Positions 52,379 through 64,000 of a stretch of DNA of 64,000 nucleotides are shown piece by piece. The first letter of the stretch is position 1; every line of letters starts with the position of its first letter. Location of the stretch: contig NC_068982.1 in the NCBI RefSeq assembly GCF_001194135.2, forward strand, positions 20,637,691-20,701,690. The letters run 5' to 3'. Below the pieces are notes generated by a model that was given only the letters and a program-made list of their open reading frames with translations, had not been told where the DNA came from and did not search any database. The position numbers and the translations under genes are program-made. The stretch is from Octopus bimaculoides. Lineage: Eukaryota.

Positions 52379-53185
52379 TGGAAACTAATGCCAGCTACTT
52401 TGGCCGCAGAGATACTTGGAAAGAAGTGGACTGCTCCCTATTGAAGAGAAAAGATGCCGAAAGAGGAGCTAGGGAACGAAGTATCGGCTCTTAATTGATA
52501 ATCTAACTATCAGGAACTGCAAGAGAGACACATAAACCTGAGCATAGCATGGGGTGACTATCTAAAGGGTGACTATCACATGGGGTGACTATCATATACA
52601 ATATGATACCACATTTCTGGATAATAAAAACAATGGAAATTTATGGAATATTAGAAAACAGGAGAAACCTTATGTAGAAAAGTATGTAATTTTTGGGAAC
52701 GGAAGGGAACAGCAGGGAATCAAGTATTAGGAGAGGTGAAAATCCCGAGAGGAATCTTCCAGGAGGACAGTGTGTGCTCACTGGTCTTTGTGCTGGGGAT
52801 GACCCCTTGAGTGAAATATTACAGAAACCAATGTTGGGGTATGATCTGGGAAGAGGTAAGGGAAAACTGAGCAACGCATTGAAGTTATTCTCAAAATGTG
52901 AGGCACAACCGGACAGCTCTGTCCAGTCTGTGCAGATTTTCTCCAGTGTTAGTAAGAAGAAATTTGGGCTATGAAAATGTGATACGAAGGTGTGAGACGA
53001 GGAAAACTTGTCAAGACAGAAAACCTATCTTTGTCAAGTGGTAAAGTGATGAAGGCAATTCAACCACAATCCAGTTATAAATACCTGGGAATACTTGAGA
53101 CAAACGGAAATAAGCACAATGACATGAAGGAAGAGACAACAAGTGAGTATCTGCGGAGAGTGTGAAAAATATTGGCCTCAAAGCT
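52377..53185 (+). pseudogene. R4/Dong-like RT fragment, second copy
   Basis: KGARERSIGS..RHINLSIAWGDY..PHFWIIKTMEIYG..RGIFQEDSVCSLVFVLGMTPLSEIL..YKYLGILE..EYLRRV. Confidence 0.85.
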
Positions 53186-54504
53186 AGTGTATATAAATTT
53201 GTTCATCATTATATTTTAAAATGAATGGAAAATGTTTTACATTCAACGCGTTATTGATCTGCTCTATCGGAGCGGACTTATAACCTGAAGCACTGGAAAT
53301 GATATCATAATTATATTTTTCTAAAAATGATAAAGTGATCTACATTATCCAATGTCATTATTATGTTATGACAATGTATTCGACAATATAACTTCACGCA
53401 ATTTCACAGAAAAAAGGCTTTCGTTTTGTATTTGTTAACACAGCTGCATATTGGATTCACATACTATATATGTGTATCAGCTATGAACAATTCTTTTCCT
53501 CTTGCTACATAGATCTCTGTATTACTTCATGTCCACAAAATAAATACAACACGTCACAGGTAATTTTCTCCTCTTGAGCAAAATTTCGAAACTCAAAGTA
53601 ACTGAAGTGTGAATTGAATGTTCCTTAATATAATTACTCTAACGTCAATCACACTTGCATTCACTATATTTTCCGCACATTAGACAGTAATAAAAATAGT
53701 GAATCCAATACCCACTGTCAAAGTCCAGATTTAATGTCCACGATAAGACATTAAATAAACATCGGAATATGAGATTGTATAAGTATCGATTTTAATTAGA
53801 TTGACGCAGAAATATATTACATTTTCGCTTCATTAAACTATATCCATTTACGTTGAATTCCTCAAGTAACAGCAGAGAGTATTTAAAATGTTATTGTCAG
53901 AAGCAATTTTAAATTTCAAAGAAAGTGTTAGGATTCAGAGTTTATTTGTACAGTAGAATTTGAACATCATATCAGAAAATGTAACGAATAAGACTTTGGA
54001 AATGCCATTAGTAGGAAGTTTAATTAGATGAAGAATAGCGCAATGACGTGTTTGTATATTACGAACATTATTTAGTTATATTTATAAAATTTCCCTTCTG
54101 ATATTACTCGGTACAATAATGAATGGTACGATATCAAATATTAATAGATAAAAATATCGTTAGAATATTCCAGAGATTATAGTTATATATATTTAAATGT
54201 ATATGTTGTTCATGTTTCAAGTCATTTCAATTTCAAATTGTTATATACACATTGGGCATAATCAGCTTAACCGCTTTTGAAAACCTGGTAAATTATTGTA
54301 TTATTTGAAGAATTATGTAAATATTTTAAAAGAACATTAATACATAAAATACTAGTTGAAACCAATATATTTCAGTCAGTGAAGTGAGTGTATATATTAT
54401 ATATGTAATAGGTATATAATATTTAAGAGTCAATATATGCATTACGTCGTGTATGTATATGGGTGTTTGTGTGCAAGTGCATGTATGTCTGTGTGTTTAT
54501 GTGT

Positions 54505-54680
54505 GACCCACCCACCATTTGACAACCGGTACTGTTTTGTTTAAGTCTGTGTAACATGGTGGTTCTATATAAGTGAATGATGTTAAAATCGCCAGACTTA
54601 AAATATGTTTATTGTAGTCGATTTGTTTGACAAAACGTTTCGACATGGTACCTCAATATGCTCACAATACATTGATTGGA
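54505..54680 (+). mobile_element. SINE family A 3' part, decayed
   Basis: cccaccatttgacaaccggtactg...gtagtcgatttgtttgacaaaac. Confidence 0.55.
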
Positions 54681-54919
54681 AGAATTGTTTATATTTTCGA
54701 ATACTCAAGGAGAAAGGAAAGAATAGGAAGATAAAAGTTTTACAGAAAATTGTAGATATTAGTCTCAAAATTTACTAAAGATGCTATTTTGTTTGTCCGA
54801 ACATTTATAGTTTTCATACACCATATTCTCACAATGTCAAATTGTAAGCGTTTGTAATTTTTTTATTTTCGTCTTCCTTCTTTACAATTCTTGAATCAAA
54901 CGGATGCAACGGAACAATT

Positions 54920-55700
54920 AATAAGCAATTTTGCTTTTCGTTGTTATGTCTGGGCTATTTTTATACTAGTTCGTTTGAATAGGAAAATCCCGTAAAATTT
55001 TGCATTGCTCACACAACCCGTTGATTGTATCAAGTCCTTCCAGCTTCCAATCTACATTTCTGACAAAGCTTCCAGTGCAAAGCTTTAATAGCTTGGTCAT
55101 GTCACCATTTCTTATACTCTCCCTGCACCAACTTAGAATATTCTGCAACAATGTGTGGCAATATTTTATGCTATACTCCAGAGACTTTGTTTCTATCGCT
55201 TAATCTTCAGCTGCTACAATAGGACGCTCTGTTTCTTTGTTGTAATTGTCCTTTGTTCAGTCAAGTGCAAGTGTTTGTTCCACATAGACCCTCAGTAGTT
55301 TTCCACGCAAAGTTGTCTCACCAGTCTCTTTTACATACTTTTTAAAATTTTATTCTTGTACTTGTTCCCTATTCCACACTTGATTACATGTTCTTTATTC
55401 ACTGCCTTTAGTAATTTCTCTGTCAATTTCTGGAAATTTTATAATAGCCTTTATCTTTCCATCTGTACACACTGTTTCACAGCCTTTATGCTTCTTCCAT
55501 CCAAGTCTCTTTTCAAGTATAGCCGATTAATATTTGCTTTCAGATGTTGGGCTCCATATATTTTCATCAGCATTTTAGTTTTTCTGTCGCTTTTGATGCA
55601 ATCTACAATTCCAAATCTATATCTGATTACCGATACTACTATTGCATGTATTGCTTCAATAACATCTTTTGAATTCAATTTTGACTAGCTGGAGCTACAA
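54920..55700 (-). pseudogene. R4/Dong-like post-RT, zinc-knuckle and RLE region
   Basis: IEAIHAIVVSVIRYRFGIV..DRKTKMLM..HLKANINRLYLKRDLDGR; downstream KILRDFPIQT..NSPDI. Confidence 0.8.
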
Positions 55701-55839
55701 TAGAAATATTCTGGATTTGATGACACCTATTGAGGCGAAAATATGTAACCAGACCTGGTCACTTATTTCCAACCTATAATTCTGTACTTATAGTCTGGAA
55801 ATTATTGTTAATACAGGTGTTGAAAATAAATTCACTTAC

Positions 55840-55950
55840 TTTTCATTTTCAATTTGGAAGTAAAGCAAGTGGAGATTGTAATGGTGGCAACTGATTTCCA
55901 AAAGCATCCTTTTTTAAAACAATGTGTTCCTTGTTTGTAGGTGAGTAGCG
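55840..55950 (-). CDS. Candidate internal exon, 111 nt, phase 1-1
   Basis: Strong acceptor tattttctcttctttctatctctag, donor gtaagt. Single open frame LLTYKQGTHCFKKGCFWKSVATITISTCFTSKLKMK. Confidence 0.35.
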
Positions 55951-56221
55951 CTAGAGATAGAAAGAAGAGAAAATATAGCCAACATAGGCCCGGATGTGGG
56001 GAAGGGAAATTCACAAATATTCACGAATATTTTTCATAAAAAAACCTTCCTACCATCATTTGCAAGAGTGTGGTGAAGAAAAATAAAGTATACCCGTCAA
56101 AACGGATCAAATCCAACTTATTTGGGCGTACTATTTATTCTAAATGTCCCTCAAGGCATTCTCTTGTGCAAATTTCCCGACATCGACGGGATATTCAGGT
56201 CGTATACATACCTGCATACAT

Positions 56222-56274
<53 letters not shown>

Positions 56275-56383
56275 CACTCTCACTACATACGCATACACAC
56301 CTATACGTACACATACATATATAAAATCCTTACATCAGTTATTTTCTGGATACGCATTACTCGTTTCTCGGTCTATACCATAC

Positions 56384-56543
56384 CTTTTAAATCTAGGAAT
56401 GATATGAATGAGGAGAGAGAAGAATTTACGTAAATTCTAGTTTCGAAATTCTCCACAATTGAAACTCTAATGAGTTCGAGTACTAAACTTTCTACAAAAA
56501 TCTTAATAGTTGTATAATCATCTGAACTATAACCAGAAGCCAT
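56384..56543 (-). CDS. Candidate first coding exon (MASGYSSDDY...FISFLDLK), 53 codons + 1 nt
   Basis: ATG-led open frame ending AAAG|gtatgg; phase-compatible with 55840-55950 across a 433 nt intron. Confidence 0.25.
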
Positions 56544-57586
56544 GAAATAGATCAACTAAAGAATTTACGGATGTTACATACAGTTATTGATAAATATATA
56601 TGAAATCAAATTTATAAGCAAAATTGTTCACAGTCAAAATGATTTAAAAAAATCCCCAGACAATGGTTACTACACAATTCTGATAACATTAATTCATCTT
56701 ATTGCAAGAGTGAATAACGCTACATATCCTAACATCATAATTTACAATTCCATACAAAATTGAATTATAATTATTATTGTGTTAGGGAAATCGTATAAGG
56801 ATATAATGTGATAACTAGATTAGGATATTTTATGATGAAATTTTAATAAAGAGCCACATGAAATGCGCATAGTGCATTTATAAACAAGCCTCTTAATTAC
56901 GCAGAATGGTTTATGCAATTAAATCTAAGCATCAACTAACACAATGTTTCCATTACATTACATATAATACTGGAGACAAATATTCACACTGCCGACATAT
57001 TACTTGAGAGTTAGCATAAACATAGCATACACAGACACATTATTTATATACATATGTGCTTCTGTGTGTGAATATGATTAAAAATGTGTGTGCAAAATTA
57101 TATAGACATACCTGTTTGTGTATATGTTTCCGCAGAAACATTATATATTCCTGCTATTTCCCTTTCTCATATATCATTACAAGATTACTGAATTATATCA
57201 CGTGCTCTTCTTGTTTTCATGGATGCTATCTCATCCTCGTTAACATTTATAAAAATGAGCAATACATGTTTTAAATATCGAAATGCAGCTTTTCTCATTC
57301 TCATTCAGGAATGTCAAACAATAAAAAATGATTAACAAAGAATTCAACAACTAAACGATATATGTTTATGTATAGAGAACCCTAAAGAAAAGCAAGAATA
57401 AAAAAATCGACGTATAATTCTCAAACTGAGATTTAGCCAGAATTTCTCAACGTGAAAATAGACAAAATGCTATGCATGTAGGACAGTGATATAGCAATTA
57501 GGAAGGGAACTATATCATTTTGGATAAAAGATATATAAAAGAGTAACTATATGCTGATACTGCATGTATATATATATATATAAGCT

Positions 57587-57661
57587 CAGCTGCTCAATCC
57601 GTTAGAATCCAACGATTCAATCTGAAGGATGGAACACACGGATGTTCCGCTGAAACAGCTG
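57587..57661 (+). ncRNA. Degenerate hammerhead-ribozyme-like fold
   Basis: CAGCTG ... stem I (cgtt/aacg) ... CTGAAGG-stem II (ggaac/gttcc)-GAAA-CAGCTG. Two core positions deviate from consensus. Confidence 0.35.
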
Positions 57662-57698
57662 TTGTGAATTATGAATACACCTTAAACACGGACATATA

Positions 57699-57738
<40 letters not shown>

Positions 57739-57850
57739 CAATGTTAATTCTCTAAATGAAGTATTAACAGTAACTGCACGGAGTTAGTAGCCCCTGCTCT
57801 TAACCACTACGCCATATGCCCATGGGCAATTTTGGAGTCAATTTTAGGGC

Positions 57851-58380
57851 TTATAAATCTAATATTCTTCTATCCTTCCTTAATACCGGTTCCCATATGC
57901 TGTTCATATCTGCACACGGTTTGCTTAGGAGGTTGTCGTGTCCTAGAAAATGTGCTGCTTCTTTCAGTTTTCGTATTTTCCAGTGGTGTTCTCTGTCTAT
58001 TATTTTAACTTCATCCCACAGGGGGAGGNNNNNNNNNNCTATTATTTTAACTTCATCCCACAGGGGGAGGTAGTCTCCATTTTTTCCATACGTGATCAGC
58101 TATACCCGATTTATCAATATCTCCCCGTGTCACAGCCTTGCGATGATCCCCTACACTTATGTTGATGGGGTGACATGTTTCGCCTTTCTATAACCTACCA
58201 AATCTGCATGGGATGGAGTACACGCAGTTCTTGGTCATATTATGTTCTATTAGTGGTTTTACTCGATGGAGATATTTACGAAGTGTTGTATTACTTGTGA
58301 ATTCTGTTCTGATGTCATATGGGCCGCATATCTTTTGTATCTTTTCGGACAGGCATTTTATATAGGACAAGAAAATGCTT
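57851..58380 (-). pseudogene. Penelope-like element GIY-YIG region
   Basis: SYIKCLSEKIQKICGPYDIRT..TLRKYLHRVKP..NMTKNCVYSIPC..KGETC..GIADHVWK..LPLWDEVKIIDREHHWKIRKLKEAAH..NSIWEP. Confidence 0.9.
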
Positions 58381-59118
58381 ACGTAACATTAAATTCGTTT
58401 AAGGTATAAATATGATTACACATCTAAGGAATCGTTAATTTAATCTCAATTGCATAGGCTTGTAAGCAATAGCAAGCATGTAGGCAATCAGAGGGACTTT
58501 TTTAATATAGAAAGCTGCGTCTGTCACGCAGTCTATCGGTTTCAGTAGAATAAATATATACATATATTCTTATATTCTTTTACTCGTTTCAATCATTTAA
58601 CTGCGGTCATNNNNNNNNNNNNNNNNNNNNNNNNNNNNNNNNNNNNNNNNNNNNNNNNNNNNNNNNNNNNNNNNNNNNNNNNNNNNNNNNNNNNNNNNNN
58701 NNNNNNNNNNNNNNNNNNNNNNNNNNNNNNNNNNNNNNNNNNNNNNNNNNNNNNNNNNNNNNNNNNNNNNNNNNNNNNNNNNNNNNNNNNNNNNNNNNNN
58801 NNNNNNNNNNNNNNNNNNNNNNNNNNNNNNNNNNNNNNNNNNNNNNNNNNNNNNNNNNNNNNNNNNNNNNNNNNNNNNNNNNNNNNNNNNNNNNNNNNNN
58901 NNNNNNNNNNNNNNNNNNNNNNNNNNNNNNNNNNNNNNNNNNNNNNNNNNNNNNNNNNNNNNNNNNNNNNNNNNNNNNNNNNNNNNNNNNNNNNNNNNNN
59001 NNNNNNNNNNNNNNNNNNNNNNNNNNNNNNNNNNNNNNNNNNNNNNNNNNNNNNNNNNNNNNNNNNNNNNNNNNNNNNNNNNNNNNNNNNNNNNNNNNNN
59101 NNNNNNNNNNNNNNNNNN

Positions 59119-59505
59119 ATACATATATTCTTATATTCTTTTACTCGTTTCAATCATTTAACTGCGGTCATGCTTTAGGTGAAAATTCGACCCCACGAAT
59201 TATTCTTTGCAAAGCTAGTACTTATCCTATCGGTCTATTTGCCGAACTACTGCGTGACGTAGAAGTAAACACACCAACGTCAGTTATCAAGTGATGGTGG
59301 GGAGACAAATACACACACACAAATAGACACGCATACAAATATATATATACGACGGTGTTCTTTCAGTTTCCGTTTACCAAATCCACTCACGAAGCTTTCG
59401 TCAGCCTGAGACTATAGTAGAAAACACCTACCCAAGGTGCCATGCAGTGGGACTGAACATGGAACCATGTGGTTGGGAAGCAAGCTTCTTACCACATACC
59501 CACTC
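59119..59505 (-). mobile_element. SINE family A, full length
   Basis: Head (caaggtgccatgcagtgggactgaacatggaaccatgtggttgggaagcaagcttcttaccac), (CA)n, middle section and tail tcttttactcgtttcaatcatt. Confidence 0.88.
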
Positions 59506-61788
59506 TTGCGCATATATATGTNNNNNNNNNNNNNNNNNNNNNNNNNNNNNNNNNNNNNNNNNNNNNNNNNNNNNNNNNNNNNNNNNNNNNNNNNNNNNNN
59601 NNNNNNNNNNNNNNNNNNNNNNNNNNNNNNNNNNNNNNNNNNNNNNNNNNNNNNNNNNNNNNNNNNNNNNNNNNNNNNNNNNNNNNNNNNNNNNNNNNNN
59701 NNNNNNNNNNNNNNNNNNNNNNNNNNNNNNNNNNNNNNNNNNNNNNNNNNNNNNNNNNNNNNNNNNNNNNNNNNNNNNNNNNNNNNNNNNNNNNNNNNNN
59801 NNNNNNNNNNNNNNNNNNNNNNNNNNNNNNNNNNNNNNNNNNNNNNNNNNNNNNNNNNNNNNNNNNNNNNNNNNNNNNNNNNNNNNNNNNNNNNNNNNNN
59901 NNNNNNNNNNNNNNNNNNNNNNNNNNNNNNNNNNNNNNNNNNNNNNNNNNNNNNNNNNNNNNNNNNNNNNNNNNNNNNNNNNNNNNNNNNNNNNNNNNNN
60001 NNNNNNNNNNNNNNNNNNNNNNNNNNNNNNNNNNNNNNNNNNNNNNNNNNNNNNNNNNNNNNNNNNNNNNNNNNNNNNNNNNNNNNNNNNNNNNNNNNNN
60101 NNNNNNNNNNNNNNNNNNNNNNNNNNNNNNNNNNNNNNNNNNNNNNNNNNNNNNNNNNNNNNNNNNNNNNNNNNNNNNNNNNNNNNNNNNNNNNNNNNNN
60201 NNNNNNNNNNNNNNNNNNNNNNNNNNNNNNNNNNNNNNNNNNNNNNNNNNNNNNNNNNNNNNNNNNNNNNNNNNNNNNNNNNNNNNNNNNNNNNNNNNNN
60301 NNNNNNNNNNNNNNNNNNNNNNNNNNNNNNNNNNNNNNNNNNNNNNNNNNNNNNNNNNNNNNNNNNNNNNNNNNNNNNNNNNNNNNNNNNNTCAGAACAT
60401 AATTTTTTACGCAATTTTGAAAATATTTTATACGGTATGCGTTTTTAATGTTGTATTGAGTACTTTATGGACAGTAATCAATTGCAATTGCTGTATTACT
60501 TATTGTTGTAAGGCTGATTGCATTAAACGAAGATGAAAAACTTGTAAATTGAAGTAGTAAAATGATTTTCTCACTCCATTCTATGTGTCATTATAAAAAC
60601 TGTATAATTATGGATTTTTAGATATTCGCCTGGTACAGCACACGATCTAAGAGGATCTCAATGTACAGCGAAGAATTATGATCGAGAATGGAGAATTATG
60701 CATCTTCCAAATATATTTGTTAATGTATTTTCTACATATTCCATTCCAACACGTGTTTCTTTTCAATAAGTGTTCTACAGTTAGTTTCATCCACCACCTG
60801 TAAGGGTAAACTCTTGAATAAAGCTTCATGCGGTAGTCGAACATGAGGTGAAAGTGTATTGCAAATGATGAACTATGAATCAGCTAAGTACCCATAAGTG
60901 CTATATCAAGGAACATTTGGATAGTTATCTAAAGGAACAAAGTGTCAGAATGGAATACGATGAATAAATATGGAAGTTGTATAATTCTCCATTCTTCATT
61001 ATGATGTCTTGGTTATATTCTCTCTATGCTACTTGAAATAAATTGAAACGAATTTACGATTTACCTGTCGAGTGAATTAAGGTTTAATTAACTTTAAACG
61101 ATTCTGTGCAGCACGGAATTTTGTCAGTGATCAGGTCGCTGTCTCAAAGCGACGAAAATATTTTGGGAAATGAAATTTAAATTTGTTTTTTAAAATGGGT
61201 TATAAACACCTTCCAAGCTGCAATTGTTTTTGTTTCAGCGCACGATATCAGATCAGGTCACTTGCTATGCAAGTACATCTCCGAGATTATATATATATTT
61301 ATATATATATATATATATATACATATATATATTAAAGGCTGAATTTCAATTCATAAACATAATTCAACATATAAGTTGTTAAAAATATTCCTTCATATTA
61401 AATATATCAAATATATCTCAAATTAGGGACATAAGTGGCAGATATTAAAAAGGGCTTCGTGTTAATTAAATGAAGCATGAGACTAAGTCGATGAGAAGGA
61501 CATAAGTGCGGGAAATAGTCTCTTGTAACATTTAGTATTATAATTTAGCAAGGAGAATGTTTTTAACCGTTTTGTTTCCCTTATTTGTTGGAAAGAAACA
61601 GCGTCGATTACTTTGATTTGGGCAAATATATAAAATGATATAAGAATTAATTCCAACGTGTCCCTTTTGCTCAGACTAGATATATTATCACTGCTTCATG
61701 AAGAGTAAATTATATTAAAATTTAATAACGAATCGGACTGAAAATGAGTGTGATTGGTATAATATCGTCTCACATATACGGACTCTCG

Positions 61789-61790
<2 letters not shown>

Positions 61791-61882
<92 letters not shown>
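61791..61882. repeat. (CT)n microsatellite
   Basis: Direct inspection. Confidence 0.97.
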
Positions 61883-61885
<3 letters not shown>

Positions 61886-62854
61886 TATACGTACATACAT
61901 ACATGCATCAATACATGTGTGTGTATCCACGAGTGTGTGTGTGTGCGTGCGTCTCATTGTTTCAGATATCTAGGTTTAATTTAGATTATATGGAAATCAC
62001 TAGAGAAACTCATGATGACTGAATTAGGATGTTGAAAATTATACACTTTTCTGTACCCTAATGGTAATCCCCGCTCTGAAAACTGCAATGCTTGATGCAC
62101 GTCATATGATCCGGAACTGATAAAAATCATTTTGCAAAACCAAGCCACTCAAGTAGAAATGGATGTATTCTTGATGATTAGATCAGTGCGCTTTCGTATC
62201 ACATATAAAATAATTGACGAAGTGAGTAGTATCTTACTAGACAATCATTGGCGTGTAAAGCTCAATCGTTTGTGAATATCTTCAATACTCTTAGGACATA
62301 TTTAACGATGTAATGAAATGGTACGCAAACATGAATTTTCTTTTTCACAAGTTACAGTGTTACATTTAAGCGTCCACACAAAAGGTAAATAAAGAGGACG
62401 TAGAAAAAAATAGATGTTGAAATGAGATAAATGTCTTTTTTTAGCAAGGAACACAATTATTTCTCCATCAGTGACAGAAGAGCAAGCGATTATTGAATAT
62501 TATTTTCACAATATTGTATTCAAATACCTGATAAAACCAACGATATTACTTTGAGGTAAAAAGGAAACCGAGTGTTATAAACAACAGCGATGTTTAAGAT
62601 TAAACATTCTAATCAAAGAATTTTAATGTTAACCCCATATTGTGTACACAGTAATATTTGTTATTTGATACAACTACCCCTATGAACGCTGTACATGAAT
62701 GGAATTTAAAATTTCCGTTTGTTTTATCAATAAATCTCTTCTTTCAAATAGTGCTATTCCCCAGAGAAAAATAAATACTTAGTTATGTGTTGATATTTTA
62801 CTGAACTTGCACACAAGCAAACATATATACATATATATAAATATGTATATACAT

Positions 62855-62887
<33 letters not shown>

Positions 62888-63654
62888 TACACACACACAC
62901 ACANNNNNNNNNNNNNNNNNNNNNNNNNNNNNNNNNNNNNNNNNNNNNNNNNNNNNNNNNNNNNNNNNNNNNNNNNNNNATATATGCATATTTACATATA
63001 CGTATATAAGTGTGTTTGCGAGCAAGTTCAGTAAAATTTCAGCACATTACTAAATATACATGTGTATATATTTATATATATGTGTGTGTGTATATATTTA
63101 TATGTATATGTGGTATATATGTATGTATACATACACACACACACACATACACACACATATATATATATAGATATGTATATATATATACAACTATATATAT
63201 ATATATATATATATATAACCTTGTGTAAGCGAGAAAGGTGTCTGCACATAAAAGAGAAAAATGAAACGGAATTAATCTCCACCATCAGGTGTCATGCAGA
63301 GATCACTTCTGCTTCGGCACCTTGTAACAGATAAAGCTTAACTAATACTAATTGCATTGCATAAATAAGTATCCAAAAACACACTTATGTACCACATACG
63401 ATATTTAATCATAAGGAACCTATACATCTGTGTATATATATATACTTATATGAGTGTAGGTGCGCGTGCGCGAGTCTTTGCGTGCACGAGCACGTGTCTT
63501 TGACGGTTAGACTGAATGCATTTATTGTTTTAAGTTAAAATAAAACAACCAAAAGTAACGGAAGGAAAATACTATATTCCTTGTCTGATAATGTTTACTT
63601 GTACTTTGTAGGACAATAGTAGTGTGTTACTGAAAGTTGTGGAACCCACTTTAT

Positions 63655-63810
63655 GCTGATGTGAAAAGAGAAAAACGTCTTCAGACTCACATCGACATGA
63701 TTGCAGAAAATGGCCTGGAATGTATGCAGGACATCGAGGCAGTAATGATGGACCGAGAAGTGTGGCAAGTAGACATTGTTATTGCCGTCCGCGTTGGAAC
63801 CCGACTATGA
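63655..63810 (+). mobile_element. RTE-like LINE 3' terminal fragment
   Basis: HIDMIAENGLECMQDIEAVMMDREVWQ..VR resembles the TY.D.L..D.G....DL..AM.DRE.W..V ORF end. Confidence 0.55.
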
Positions 63811-64000
63811 TAAAAACATAACTAGGACTCCCGTGTTCTTTATTAGAAATGAAACGTGAATATAATATATGAGAGTACAATGAAGTATTGTAGAATAAGA
63901 TATAAGGATTGGGAATGAATCAAAGTTGAGAGAAGTTGTGAGTTGTAATAAAAGTTTAATAAGAAAAATTCAAATGGTCAAACGTACTAGCATTAAAAAC

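Larger units (their letters stand above)
1362..62979. other. 19 assembly gaps (N runs), mostly flanked by (AT)n or (AC)n
   Basis: Gaps start at 1362, 4218, 6760, 16691, 25368, 28064, 29428, 30918, 33037, 33908, 35766, 38098, 47586, 48706, 50035, 58029, 58611, 59522 and 62904. Confidence 0.95.

Noticed and set aside
1251-63334. Long ORFs in the supplied track (poly-X, CVCV, YIYI, ERER, poly-V/L/N)
   Set aside because: They are translations of N-gaps and microsatellites.

Overview
AT-rich, microsatellite-dense animal genomic DNA from a gapped short-read scaffold, with 19 N-gaps totalling about 6.8 kb. The SINE, mariner and Penelope families resemble those I recall from Octopus, so a coleoid cephalopod origin is inferred, not proven. 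I found no intact, recognisable protein-coding gene, rRNA, tRNA or CRISPR array. Nearly all ORFs in the supplied track are translations of microsatellites or N-runs. What the sequence does support is a layered record of decayed mobile elements: two tRNA-derived SINE families, RTE-like and R4/Dong-like non-LTR retrotransposon fragments, three Penelope-like fragments, mariner/Tc1 remnants, and several MITEs with intact TIRs and TSDs. The most unusual structures are: (1) a ~830 bp palindrome whose ~310 bp arms appear to derive partly from a LINE 3' region and bracket an exon-like segment; (2) two non-L1 LINE copies with inversion architectures resembling twin priming; (3) a decayed hammerhead-ribozyme-like fold beside a Penelope fragment; (4) a 169 bp direct duplication tied to a long-TIR element; (5) sets of small, phase-compatible candidate exons on both strands. 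The exon models are speculative and need RNA evidence. All alignments and translations were done by eye.
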